From Deltaproteobacteria bacterium (GTDB taxonomy: Bacteria > Myxococcota > JACRCW01), in contig JACRCW010000092.1 in NCBI GenBank assembly GCA_016218805.1, positions 1-64,000 on the forward strand: DNA of 64,000 bases, given 5' to 3'. Of the stretch, positions 45,962-55,718 are shown piece after piece. The notes under the pieces are model-generated. The model worked only from the letters and a program-made list of their open reading frames with translations, searched no databases and was not told the DNA's origin. Position numbers and translations under genes: made by a program. Position 1 is the first letter of the stretch. The number at the start of each line of letters is the position of its first letter.

Positions 45962-46101
45962 GCGTCCCTCCGTCCGGGAGCGGGCATCTTAGGGGTTCGG
46001 CGTCGCAGGCCAAAGGGCGGCGGTGGCGTGAACAGGCGCCGGCGGCCCGTCGTCCAAGGCGCGCCTTGTGCCCGTGTCATCCGCGAGTCTACACGCCGCC
46101 C

Positions 46102-47544
46102 ATGAACGCCACGCTGCTCCTGCTTGCCCTGGCCCTGGTTCCGGCCGCTGACGGCCCCGCCCCCGGGACCCGCTCTGAACGCCTCCAGCTCTTTGTTGCG
46201 GGCTCCCGCGCCGGCACCATTGCATCCGTGGACGAGCCCCTCCCCGACGGAGGCTGGCGGCTCACGCGCCACGCCGACATGGAGGTGCAGCGCGGCGCCC
46301 TGCGCGTGCGCCTGGTCAGCCGCAGCGTGACGGAGGTGGGCCCGGACTACGCCCCGCGGTCCTTCCACTACATGCGCGAACAGCTGGACGGGCGCGGCCA
46401 GTCCCTGGAAGCAGGCGGCCGGCTGGTGTGTGACGGGAAAGCGGCGTGTGACCCCGCAGGGTGTGCCATCACCGTCACCACGGCGCTGGGTGCCACGCCG
46501 CAGACCAAGGTGGTGCGGTTGCCGCGCGGCGCCACGTTTGCCTCCGCCGTGGAGGCGCAGTTGCGCCGGACGCTGCGGGCGGGGACGCGCTGGGAGGGCA
46601 AGATGTTCCTGGAGGAGCTTGCGGACATGCAGGATGCATCCTGGAGCGTGGAGAAGGAGGCGGGCGGTTTTGTCATCCGCACGCGCGTGGCCGGTGTGGA
46701 CACGGTGGACCACGTGGACGCGGCGGGCCGCACCCTCAAGTCTGAGACGCCCGTGATGTCCGCGGTGGCGCTGCCGGAGGGCAGCAAGGAGATACCGGGC
46801 GCGGGCGGGAAGGGGCTGTTGGACGTCCTGGCCCAGTCCACGTGGAAGGGGCCCGTGGTGCCGGAGGGCGTCAAGCGGGTCCGGTTTGAGCTCACCACGC
46901 GCGAAGGCGACGTGGCGGCGGTCCCGGAAGGGCGTCACCAGCGCGTGGTGAAGCGGGAACTGGGGCGCGTGGTGGTGGAGGTGGTGCGCCTGCCCAAGGG
47001 GCCCGCGGAGAAGCTCTCCGCGGACGAGAAGCAGCGGGCGCTGGCAGCCACGCCGTATGAGCCCCTGTCCGACCCGCGCGTGCGCGAGGCGGCGGCCAAG
47101 GCGCGCGGCAACGCCACGCGGCCGCGGGACATTGTGCGCAACGTGATCCTGTGGGTGAACGACTACGTGGACGACAAGGACCTCAGCCGCGCGTACGCGC
47201 CCGCCACGGCGACGCTGCAGACGCGCCAGGGCGACTGCACGGAGCACAGCGTGCTGGCCAGCGCGCTGCTGAAGGCCAACGGCATCCCCACGCGCCTGGC
47301 GGACGGCGTGATCTGGTTCCAGGACAACCTGGGCTACCACGAATGGGTGGAGGTGTTTCTCGACGGCGAAGGCTGGGTGCCGGCGGACCCGACCTTTGGC
47401 GAGCCGGAGGCCGGGCCCAACCGCGTGAAGTTTGCCAACGGCAGCAGCGACCCGTCCGACCTGATGATCATGGGGCTGTCCGCGGCCCAGGCGTTCCGCG
47501 GGCTGCGGGTCACGGTGGCGGACAGCGACCCGGCGGCGAAGTGA
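46102..47544 (+). CDS. Exported transglutaminase-like domain protein
   Basis: Signal peptide; GDCTEH, GIP.RL..G, YHEWVEV and GW...DPT (Cys-His-Asp triad). Confidence 0.88.
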   Translation: MNATLLLLALALVPAADGPAPGTRSERLQLFVAGSRAGTIASVDEPLPDGGWRLTRHADMEVQRGALRVRLVSRSVTEVGPDYAPRSFHYMREQLDGRGQSLEAGGRLVCDGKAACDPAGCAITVTTALGATPQTKVVRLPRGATFASAVEAQLRRTLRAGTRWEGKMFLEELADMQDASWSVEKEAGGFVIRTRVAGVDTVDHVDAAGRTLKSETPVMSAVALPEGSKEIPGAGGKGLLDVLAQSTWKGPVVPEGVKRVRFELTTREGDVAAVPEGRHQRVVKRELGRVVVEVVRLPKGPAEKLSADEKQRALAATPYEPLSDPRVREAAAKARGNATRPRDIVRNVILWVNDYVDDKDLSRAYAPATATLQTRQGDCTEHSVLASALLKANGIPTRLADGVIWFQDNLGYHEWVEVFLDGEGWVPADPTFGEPEAGPNRVKFANGSSDPSDLMIMGLSAAQAFRGLRVTVADSDPAAK

Positions 47545-47548
47545 GCGC

Positions 47549-48406
47549 CTACCCGTCCTCCTCCACCCCGTCCGGCTCCGGCACCTCAAACAGGTCAAAG
47601 TTGAGCAGGTCCTCGCCCTCCTCAAGGCGCCGCCCGGTCAGCATGGCGGTCAACCCGCCGGCCACGCCCGCGGCCACCGCGGCGCTGACGGCGCCCAGCG
47701 TGGAGCCCAGCACGTAGATTCCCGGTACAGCGTAGATGGCCAGGTAGGCGACGCCGAACGCCATCCACCCGGTCTCCGGCGCGGCCGTGACGAGGACCAC
47801 CGCTCCCACAAGCGGGATGGCCACGGCGGCACCCGCCACGATCAGGGACAGTCCCCAGGCCGTGATGGCCACACCCCAGCCGGTCAACGCCGTGGTGAGC
47901 GCCAGCCGCCCCAGCGGGACGCGGCGGTGCGCCAACAGGGCCGCCAGCAGCCAGGCCACCACGCCGCCCAGACCACCCCCCGCACACGCGCCCAGCCAGG
48001 GGGCCAACCACGCCAGGTAGCCGATTCCCACGGACGTCAGCAGGTGCACGGCCAGGGCGGTGGCGCCTGACCCCAGCCCCGCCAACAGGGCCAGCACCTT
48101 GGGGTCCCGCGTCAGAGCACCGTCCCGGCCACCGTCCTCCCGGTCGTCGTCGCGCGCGCGCCGGCGGGGCCGCTCGGCCTCTTCGGCCTCGTCCTCCCCC
48201 GGCTCCTCCTCGTCGGGCTCGCCCAGCTCCGGATCGCCCAGGTCCACGTGGCTGACGTCCGGCTCCTCAGGCGCGGGCGCCGTGGCGGCGGGTGGACCGC
48301 CGGGATCCACCACGTCGTCATCGCCCTGGGCGCGCGCCGGTGCTCCCGCAACCAACAGCAGCGCGGCCACGGCAAGCAGGCGGATGTGGCCGCGCCGTGG
48401 CGGCAT
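47549..48406 (-). CDS. Hypothetical membrane protein with acidic N-terminal region
   Basis: Signal peptide, acidic linker and several TM helices; TGATG coupling with the upstream gene. Confidence 0.65.
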   Translation of the reverse strand: MPPRRGHIRLLAVAALLLVAGAPARAQGDDDVVDPGGPPAATAPAPEEPDVSHVDLGDPELGEPDEEEPGEDEAEEAERPRRRARDDDREDGGRDGALTRDPKVLALLAGLGSGATALAVHLLTSVGIGYLAWLAPWLGACAGGGLGGVVAWLLAALLAHRRVPLGRLALTTALTGWGVAITAWGLSLIVAGAAVAIPLVGAVVLVTAAPETGWMAFGVAYLAIYAVPGIYVLGSTLGAVSAAVAAGVAGGLTAMLTGRRLEEGEDLLNFDLFEVPEPDGVEEDG

Positions 48407-49485
48407 CAGTCGCGGGACCACACCAGCGGAACGGTGACGTGCCCGGCCGCACCCTTGGCGGCCAGCTGTGAGGTCTTCACCGCAGCGGACAGGCATGCGC
48501 CCAGTTCATCGCTGTCCAGGCTGGCAATGTCCACGCCCACGCGCTCCAGCGCGCCGGCCTTGAGGTCCAGGCCCAGCACCATGCCGCCTTCCGCCTGGCG
48601 CCCGTGGTGCGCGTAGCACTCCTGGAACGCCGCGCGCCGCGCTTCCATGGCCGCCGCCACGGCCCCCGTGCCGTCTCCGGCGCCCTCGGGCGCGCCAATG
48701 CGCAGCTGCGCCTGCCCCAGCAGCATGTGCGCCAGGTGCGCCGTCTGGCGGCCCTTCTCCGTGGTGAAGCTGGCCAATTGGCGCCGCCCGCGCGTGTCCC
48801 AGAGCTCGCCGCCCAGCCACGTCACCGCCATCACGTACGCCTGCACCCCCGCCCGGGACGCGCACGGCTCCCCGCGCAGCGAATCCGGCCCGTCATCATC
48901 CGGGTCCGCATCCAGGTGGAAGTACGCCTTGAGGGACAGCGCGCCCGTCTTGCGGGCCGCCAGCGCGTCCTGCACGGCGGGAACGGCCATGTGCAGTTCC
49001 AGCGGTTCCGTCTCGGAGGTCCACACGTGCAGCGCGCCCTGCATCACGTGGAACCCGCCCGTGGTGGAGATGCTCATCACCCCCGCGTCCGTGTCGTAGT
49101 CACCAAAGGTGAACCGGTCTGACGGGATGGTCACCGCGTAGATGCGCTCCAGCGCCGCCCTGCGCGCGGTGGCCTGGGACGCCGCCGCCAGCCGCTGCTC
49201 CACAATGTCCGGCGCACCCTCCAGCGGCATTGCCGGCATCCGCACGTCCGCGCACACCTGCCCCGCCGTGCGCGCGTCCGTCACCTCCACCACCTCCTCC
49301 ACCGGGTCCACGGCGGGAGAAGGATGCACCGGCCTGGCCGGTTCCGGCGCGGCCACCCCCGGACGCGCCGCGGACTGGGCCGCGGGCTTTGACGGCCGCG
49401 TCGACGACGGGAGCGCGCCTCCCGCCAGCACCGCGCCGGGCGCCAGCAGACCCGTAACCACCCAGACCCGCCATCCCGTCAGCAT
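48406..49485 (-). CDS. Exported protein with a C-terminal AgmX/PglI-C (TonB-C-like) domain
   Basis: C-terminal FQECY...EG...L......V..V.....L...ELGACL......V.VPL pattern. Start is uncertain (49485-49530). Confidence 0.55.
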   Translation of the reverse strand: MLTGWRVWVVTGLLAPGAVLAGGALPSSTRPSKPAAQSAARPGVAAPEPARPVHPSPAVDPVEEVVEVTDARTAGQVCADVRMPAMPLEGAPDIVEQRLAAASQATARRAALERIYAVTIPSDRFTFGDYDTDAGVMSISTTGGFHVMQGALHVWTSETEPLELHMAVPAVQDALAARKTGALSLKAYFHLDADPDDDGPDSLRGEPCASRAGVQAYVMAVTWLGGELWDTRGRRQLASFTTEKGRQTAHLAHMLLGQAQLRIGAPEGAGDGTGAVAAAMEARRAAFQECYAHHGRQAEGGMVLGLDLKAGALERVGVDIASLDSDELGACLSAAVKTSQLAAKGAAGHVTVPLVWSRD

Positions 49486-49715
49486 CACCCACCTCGCCCT
49501 GCCGTTTTGGCAATCCATCCGTGCACCCATGAGCCTGCGCCAAACGCGCGGCCCGCGACGAAGCATTGCAACATCCGCGTCGTTCCGGTGCAAGTTCGAG
49601 TCCACGGTGTGCCGGGGCGTGGCGCCTGACCCGGCCGGCGTGGCGGCGCGGGGCTTGCTTGAGGGGCGGGCCAGGCCCGGTTGCACGCGAGCGGGCGGTG
49701 AGGTTGAACGGCGTC

Positions 49716-50189
49716 ATGGCTAGGACACGCGCGGGATGGCTGGGGTTTCTTTGGGTGGTCTCCATGGGCTGCAAGCCGGGGATGCTGCCGGACAGCACGG
49801 TGGAGGCCACGTCGGAAAACAAGGAGATTGCGGCGGTGGTGGAGCTGTACCGCAAGGCGCTGGAGACGCGGGACCCCGCACAGGTGCTCAGGTTGGTCAG
49901 CGCCGAGTACTTTGAGGACATGGGCACCGCGGACCCATCTGACGACTACAACTTTGACGGCCTGCGCCAGCACATGGCGGAGGACATGGCGCGCGTGCAG
50001 GCGCTGCGGGTCAGCGTGCGGCTCATCCGCGTGGAGATTGACGGGGACCGGGCGTACTGTGACTACCGGTTCCAGACGCGGTCGCTGGCCGGGTTTCCCG
50101 CCGGGGACCAGTGGATCACCCGCACGGATGACAACCGGCTGTCCTTCCGCCGCGAAAGCGGCCGGTGGATGATCGTCTCCGGCCTGTGA
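49716..50189 (+). CDS. NTF2/SnoaL-like (DUF4440) lipoprotein
   Basis: Lipobox SMGC; Y.KALE.RD...L..LVS..Y and C-terminal RRE.GRW.IVSGL. Confidence 0.75.
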   Translation: MARTRAGWLGFLWVVSMGCKPGMLPDSTVEATSENKEIAAVVELYRKALETRDPAQVLRLVSAEYFEDMGTADPSDDYNFDGLRQHMAEDMARVQALRVSVRLIRVEIDGDRAYCDYRFQTRSLAGFPAGDQWITRTDDNRLSFRRESGRWMIVSGL

Positions 50190-50211
50190 ACCGTGGGCTT
50201 CGGGGAGGTCC

Positions 50212-50733
50212 GTGGCGGAGTTCCTGGAGGACGTCCAACGCAGGGCGGAGCGTCTTGGGCTGGAGGCTTTTTGTGCCCGGCACCCGGACCCGTTCCTGGT
50301 GCGCCTGGACGAGCGCGGAGGCCGGGACGACGCCACCCCGTGGGTGTTTGCCAAGCCGGGAGCGGCCAAAGCGCCGCCGGGCAGGCTGTTGCAGCCGGTA
50401 GCCGGGTTCATGGCGCGCGTGTTTGAGGTGGTGAAGACCTCCGGCAGCGGCGCACGCCACGTGGTTGCCTTGGGGCGCGCCGCTGACAACGACATTGTCA
50501 TTGAGGAACGGTCCATCTCCAAGGCGCACGCGCGCCTCAAGCGCACGGCCGCCGGCGAGTGGGAGGTGGAGGACGCGGGCAGCCGCAACGGGACGCGCGT
50601 CAACGGGACGCGGGTGGCCCTGGACACGGCGCGGGCGCTGCGTTCCGGTGACGTGGTCAATTTTGGCGATGTGAGCTGCCTGTTCATCAGCTCGCGGGAC
50701 CTGTTTGAGCAGCTGCCCACGCTGACGGGTTGA
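50212..50733 (+). CDS. FHA domain protein
   Basis: LGR..DNDIV...SISK.HA, D.GSRNGT.VNG and LRSGD...FG. Confidence 0.9.
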   Translation: MAEFLEDVQRRAERLGLEAFCARHPDPFLVRLDERGGRDDATPWVFAKPGAAKAPPGRLLQPVAGFMARVFEVVKTSGSGARHVVALGRAADNDIVIEERSISKAHARLKRTAAGEWEVEDAGSRNGTRVNGTRVALDTARALRSGDVVNFGDVSCLFISSRDLFEQLPTLTG

Positions 50734-50736
50734 CGC

Positions 50737-51744
50737 TCAGGGCTCGCCGGCCACCGCATCCGCCCCGGCGGGCGGGCGGTCCTCCACGACGGGCGCCGCC
50801 GCGGTGGGCCGCGCACCAACGTCCGCGCGGGGGACGGGCCGCGCGATGACGGCGCGGTGCAGGCGGCCGGACGGGCTGGCCAGCGGGTCCGCGGAGAGGT
50901 CCAGTGCGAGCAACCGCAGCGGGTCCACGTTGGTGTTGGCCACCTTCACGCCCCAGTGCAGGTGCGGCCCGGTCACGCGGCCGGTGTCACCCACCGCGCC
51001 CAGGACCTGCCCCTTCTTCACCACCTGGCCCGCCTTCACCATGAAGCGCGCCAGGTGGAAGTACAGCGTGTGCACGCCGCCACCGTGGTCCAGCACCACG
51101 GTGTTGCCGGAGAAGAAGCACGCCCGCGCCAGCAGCACCCGGCCGTCATTGCTGGCGCGCACCGGGTCACCGCGCTTGCCGCGGTAGTCCACGCCCAGGT
51201 GGCGGCTCTGGGTGCGCCCGTTGATGGTGCGGAAGGTGCCGTAGGGCGCGGTCACCGCCTTCTCCACCGGGGCGACAAACGACCCGCGCCAGCGGCGCAC
51301 GGGGTCCGCGCGCCGCCACGCCTCCTCAAACGCGCGGGCGTCCGCCCGGGCCTGCGCGCGCTGCCGCGGGCTGGGGTCCAGGAACCGCTTGGACACGCCC
51401 AGCTCGTCCGTGTCGAAGTCCCCCGCCGTCACGCCCAGGTGCAGCTCCGCACGGTGCAGCGTCCCCCGCGCGTCCAACACCTCCACCATCACCGGGCGCG
51501 TTCCCAGGCGCTCCTGGTGCCCCACGGGCAGCAGCGCCACCAGATCCCCGCCCGTCCACGGGAAGCCGTGGGACCGCGCGCCCCCCAGCTTTGCCACCAT
51601 GCGGCGCGGCGTGGCCTCCGTCATGGTGCGCACCCGCACCAGCACCAGCGACCCCTGCGCCGCGGAGGCCGGTTCCACGGACAGGGAGAAGCCGGGCGCG
51701 GAGAAGCCCAGCACGCACGGCAGCACCCACAGCGCCGGCGTCAT
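50737..51744 (-). CDS. M23 family metallopeptidase
   Basis: HLGVD, GNTVVLDHG, YFHL and TGRVTGPHLHW; ATGA overlap with the upstream gene. Confidence 0.92.
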   Translation of the reverse strand: MTPALWVLPCVLGFSAPGFSLSVEPASAAQGSLVLVRVRTMTEATPRRMVAKLGGARSHGFPWTGGDLVALLPVGHQERLGTRPVMVEVLDARGTLHRAELHLGVTAGDFDTDELGVSKRFLDPSPRQRAQARADARAFEEAWRRADPVRRWRGSFVAPVEKAVTAPYGTFRTINGRTQSRHLGVDYRGKRGDPVRASNDGRVLLARACFFSGNTVVLDHGGGVHTLYFHLARFMVKAGQVVKKGQVLGAVGDTGRVTGPHLHWGVKVANTNVDPLRLLALDLSADPLASPSGRLHRAVIARPVPRADVGARPTAAAPVVEDRPPAGADAVAGEP

Positions 51745-52733
51745 CGCCGCCACCCGTCAGGCCACAGGGCGCGGAAGCCCGCCCGGCCCATGCCCCGCAG
51801 CACCCGCAGCAGCGCCAGGAACGGTGTGAACGCGCGGTAGCCCTGTGGCTCGTCAGCGCGCTGGCGCAGCTCGTAGTCGCGCAGGTGGCCCACCAGCAGC
51901 CGCAGCGCACCCAGCCGCGCGTACGCGTACAGCGCGCCGCGCTCCGCCGGTGACAGCGCCCGCTGGGCGTCATACGCCGCCAGCAGCGCGCCACAGCGGT
52001 GCGCGTCCGCGCCGTCCGCGGTGAAACCCCAGTGGCACAGCGCGGCGCCCACGTCCGCCACCAGGGGCCCGGATGAGGATTCGCCCAGTTCACCCACGTG
52101 GCACAGCACGCCGTGGTGGAAGCGGAACGCGGGCAGCCCGGGGGCCCCGTGCAGCGTCCCGCGCGGGAGCAGCCGGCCCAGCGGACGGCGCAGCCAGGCC
52201 AGTTCCGCGTGCGCCTCCGCCACGGCCTGCTGCACGTCCTCCCCGGGGGCGCCGCGCGCCGCGCGCAGCCACTCGCGCAGCACCGCCGGCCGCGCCGAGT
52301 GGCGCCGGTGACCACGGAAGCGCCGCGCCACCCGGTGCAGGCGCCCCAGCGCGGCGCCCACCTGCCGGCAGGCCTCCGCGTCCAGCTCAAACACCCCCAA
52401 CTGGCGCCCCCGCGGGAAGCGCATGAGCCACGCGTAGCGGGTCTCAATGGGGAAGAAGTAGCCCCGCGCCACGTTGGGCAGCGGGTCCGGCACCTCCAGC
52501 CCGCCCAGGGCGTCCCGCTGCGCGGCCAGGAACAGCACCAGGTCTTTTTCGTGGACCAGGTCCCAGAACGGGCGGTCCTCCACCAGGGTCAGCAGGTAGG
52601 CGCCGGAGGTGGTGGTCAGCCGCCAGCGCGCCCGGGCGCCCGGCTCGGTGAGCCGGTCGGCACGCTTGAGCTCGCCGGCATCATGCAGCGAGAGCAGCGT
52701 GGACAGCGCGGTGTCGTTGAGCGTGGGCTCCAT
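51741..52733 (-). CDS. Homoserine kinase type II (ThrB)/APH-like protein with degenerate catalytic motifs
   Basis: TTSG.YLLTL.E, GAALGRLH, LPRG..H, YDAQR.LS..E and ALR motifs. HxDxxxxN reads HGAPGLPA and DF reads EL. Confidence 0.75.
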   Translation of the reverse strand: MEPTLNDTALSTLLSLHDAGELKRADRLTEPGARARWRLTTTSGAYLLTLVEDRPFWDLVHEKDLVLFLAAQRDALGGLEVPDPLPNVARGYFFPIETRYAWLMRFPRGRQLGVFELDAEACRQVGAALGRLHRVARRFRGHRRHSARPAVLREWLRAARGAPGEDVQQAVAEAHAELAWLRRPLGRLLPRGTLHGAPGLPAFRFHHGVLCHVGELGESSSGPLVADVGAALCHWGFTADGADAHRCGALLAAYDAQRALSPAERGALYAYARLGALRLLVGHLRDYELRQRADEPQGYRAFTPFLALLRVLRGMGRAGFRALWPDGWRR

Positions 52734-52825
52734 GGCCGGATGAAAACGGGAGCGGTCGGGGGCGGCATGCTACGCTCAAACCGGTCCGCGCGTCCCGTCA
52801 CGCCGGACTGCCCGGGAGTGCGTGC

Positions 52826-53671
52826 ATGAGCGGCCGGATGAAAATCGGCGAAATGATGCTGAAGGCGGGCCTCATTGACCAACTGCAGCTGAATGCCGGG
52901 CTGGCACACCAGCGCCAGTGGGGCGGCAAGCTGGGCAGCGTGCTGGTGGAACTGGGTTTTGTGGACGAGGACCTGCTGTGGAAGGGGCTGGCCCGCCAAC
53001 TGGGCCTGCCGCGGGCGGAGCTGGCCACCCTGGCCATCCACCCCGCCATCATCCAGCGCATCCCCGTGGAGCTGTGCGAGAAACACACGCTCATCCCGCT
53101 GGGCTACCGCGAGGAAAGCAAGACCATCACCGTGGCCACCGCGGAGCCCAACAACACCGCCGCGCTGGATGAGATCACGTTCATGACGCGGCTGCGCACC
53201 GCGGTGGCGCTGGCGCCGGAGACGGAGATCAAGTGGGCCATCCGGCGCCACTACCGCGGGGACGGCTCGCCCTGCCCGCCGCTGCGCCACAAGAAGGCCA
53301 CGGTGATGGACGTGGACGCGGACACGGACAACGAAGACATGAAGGTCACGGACATGTCCGGCAAGACCCTCATGAAGAAGCTGTCAGACATCCGCCCGCC
53401 GGAGGCGCCACCTCCGCCGCCGCCGCCCCCACCTCCTCCGGCGCCGGCCTATGCGCGCCCCCCTCCGGGCGCGTTTGTGCCGCAGCAGGGGTTTGGCGCC
53501 CCCGTCAGCGTGGTGGCCCTGGCTCCCGGCGCGCAGCTCACCCCGGAACTGGCGGCGGTGAAGGCGGAGCTGGAAAAGGGCAACCGCTTCCTCAAGTCCA
53601 TCATTGAAATGTGCATCACGCGCGGCGTGTTCACCCAGCAGGAATACATGGAGCGCCTCAAGCGCTCCTGA
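52826..53671 (+). CDS. MshEN / GspE-N domain protein without ATPase
   Basis: Tandem motifs KIGEMMLKAGLI...QL..GL..Q and KLGSVLVELGFV......GL.RQ; Pro-rich linker; short helical tail. Confidence 0.85.
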   Translation: MSGRMKIGEMMLKAGLIDQLQLNAGLAHQRQWGGKLGSVLVELGFVDEDLLWKGLARQLGLPRAELATLAIHPAIIQRIPVELCEKHTLIPLGYREESKTITVATAEPNNTAALDEITFMTRLRTAVALAPETEIKWAIRRHYRGDGSPCPPLRHKKATVMDVDADTDNEDMKVTDMSGKTLMKKLSDIRPPEAPPPPPPPPPPPAPAYARPPPGAFVPQQGFGAPVSVVALAPGAQLTPELAAVKAELEKGNRFLKSIIEMCITRGVFTQQEYMERLKRS

Positions 53672-53674
53672 ACC

Positions 53675-54982
53675 TCACCGCCGCCGGTACACCAGGCTCA
53701 CCCGGCCCAGCTCCACACGGTCACCTTCGCGCAGGAACGCCTGCGCCATGGGCCGCCCGCCCACGCGCGCAATGGGGGCGTCCCCCACGCGGGACAGCAG
53801 CACCGTGGCGCCCATGCGCACCACCACCAGGTGCCAGCCGCTGATGGCGGTCAGCGGCGGCAGCGCCACGTCGCACCGGGCATCCGAACCGATGCGCAGC
53901 GCAGCCTTGTCCAGCGGCACCTCCGTGAGCAGGCGGTTGTCCACGCGCACCTCCAGCAGCCCCGCCGGGGACAGCTGGCTGGACAGGGTCAGCGCGTCCT
54001 CCACCTCGCGGTCAGACGGCCACAGCGCCGCGGGGCCCGCGCCGGCGGGCGGCGGCTCGTCCATGAGGGGGATCCCGTCGGTGGTGCTGCGGGTCTTCTG
54101 GCGCTGCTCCGGCGGCAGGCCCCGCTCCATCTCCGTCTCACCGCTCTCAAACCCCGCCGCCAGCGACTCCGCGTCCTGGTCATCACTGGGGCCGGAGTCC
54201 GTAGGCCCGCCAATGGCGTCAGACAGGCCCTCCGGCTGGTCCTCCACCATGGTGGAGGACGGCGCATCCCCCGGGCCGCCCAGTTGTGGCGCCGTCACCT
54301 CCGGGCCGGTTCGCAGGTTCTCCTGGTCCTCAAAGGTCAGCGCGTACTCAAAGAAGTTCAGCACGTCCCCGTCCGCCAGCAGGTGCGTACCCTCAATGCG
54401 CACGTCATTGACAAACGTGCCGTTCTGGCTGCCCAGGTCCTCCACCGCCCAGTCCCCGTCATCCGTGCGGAACACGCGCGCGTGCCGGCGGGACAGCCCC
54501 AGCAGGCCAATGACAATGTCACACTTGTGACTGCGGCCCACCGCGTACTCCGGCTGCACCAGCGGGAAGCGCTCCATCTCGGCGCCGTTGCAGGACAGCA
54601 CCAGGTAGGGCACGCCGGCCACGTCGTCGTCCGCGGCGGGGTCCATGGATGGCTCGGTGGAGCCGGGCTCCAGCATGCCGCGGCCCTTGCCGTTCTCCGG
54701 CTCATACACGGCCACGTAGCGGCCAATGCCAATGCGGTCCCCCGGCTTGAGCGGCTGCTCCTTCTCAATGCGCACGCCATTGACGTACACGCCGTTCTGG
54801 CTCCCCAGGTCCACGACGATGTAGCGGTCATTGCGCTGTTCCAGGCGCGCGTGGAACCGGCTGAGCGCCAGGTCATCCAGCACGATGTCGTTATCCGTGT
54901 GCCGTCCCAGCGCGATGATCGGCTTGGGCAGCGTGTGCTCCATCACTGCCTGGCCTTCGCGGAATATCGTCAGGCGGGCCAT
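53675..54982 (-). CDS. Multi-FHA domain protein (two canonical FHA domains plus one degenerate)
   Basis: GR...NDI...SRFHA...DLGSQNG and GR...CDI...SRRHA...DLGSQNGT; third IGSD.RCDV domain. Start ATG 54982. Confidence 0.88.
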   Translation of the reverse strand: MARLTIFREGQAVMEHTLPKPIIALGRHTDNDIVLDDLALSRFHARLEQRNDRYIVVDLGSQNGVYVNGVRIEKEQPLKPGDRIGIGRYVAVYEPENGKGRGMLEPGSTEPSMDPAADDDVAGVPYLVLSCNGAEMERFPLVQPEYAVGRSHKCDIVIGLLGLSRRHARVFRTDDGDWAVEDLGSQNGTFVNDVRIEGTHLLADGDVLNFFEYALTFEDQENLRTGPEVTAPQLGGPGDAPSSTMVEDQPEGLSDAIGGPTDSGPSDDQDAESLAAGFESGETEMERGLPPEQRQKTRSTTDGIPLMDEPPPAGAGPAALWPSDREVEDALTLSSQLSPAGLLEVRVDNRLLTEVPLDKAALRIGSDARCDVALPPLTAISGWHLVVVRMGATVLLSRVGDAPIARVGGRPMAQAFLREGDRVELGRVSLVYRRR

Positions 54983-55058
54983 GCCCAGCACGTGCTCCCG
55001 GGCCCGCTCCCCGCGGGCCGTCCAAATGTCACACTGTGTTCCGGCCCCCTCCCCGGGG

Positions 55059-55718
55059 TCAATCCGGGGGCGCCAGCAGGCGTCGCACCAGCACCGACAC
55101 GGTGGGCGCCACAATCTGCGCGTCCCCCGGGGCGCCGGGGCCCACCAGCGCGGCGCGCATGCCCGCTGCCAGCGCCCCAGCCACGTCGGTATCCGCCCGG
55201 TCGCCCACGTGCAGCACGGCCGCTGCGGGCACCCCCAGCCGCGCGGCCACCGCCAGGAAGCCGCGCGGGTGCGGCTTGTACGCGCCTTCGTCCTCTGCGT
55301 TGACCACCACGGCAAACAGCGGCCGCACGCCCAGCGCCTGCAGCTTCACTTCGACGTCATGGTCACTGAACGCGGCCAGCGGCGTCCCAGCCGCCGCCAG
55401 CTCCTCCAGCGCACGCCGCGTGGCGGCGGGAACCAGTCCGTGCAGCAGCGCGGGCCAATGGCGGGTCCGCAGCGTGGCGACGAGCGTCCGCGCCGCGGCC
55501 GCGTCCATCCCGGCCAGCGCGCCCAGCTCCGTGGCAAGCGCGCCGGCCAGGGCGGTCCCGTCGGGAAAGTCACGTCCGCGCAGCCGTTCCCGCGCGCGCT
55601 TCACCAGGCGCAGCGTCCGCAGCGCGCCCGGCCGCACGGCTGCGCGCAGCAGCAGGCGCCAGCCCACGGGGTACAGCGTGCCGTCCACGTCAAAGGACAC
55701 CGCCGCCGGGCGGGTCAC
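55059..55718 (-). CDS. HAD family hydrolase
   Basis: FDVDGTL, KPHPRGF and HVGDR..TDVAGA..AGM. Confidence 0.9.
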   Translation of the reverse strand: MTRPAAVSFDVDGTLYPVGWRLLLRAAVRPGALRTLRLVKRARERLRGRDFPDGTALAGALATELGALAGMDAAAARTLVATLRTRHWPALLHGLVPAATRRALEELAAAGTPLAAFSDHDVEVKLQALGVRPLFAVVVNAEDEGAYKPHPRGFLAVAARLGVPAAAVLHVGDRADTDVAGALAAGMRAALVGPGAPGDAQIVAPTVSVLVRRLLAPPD

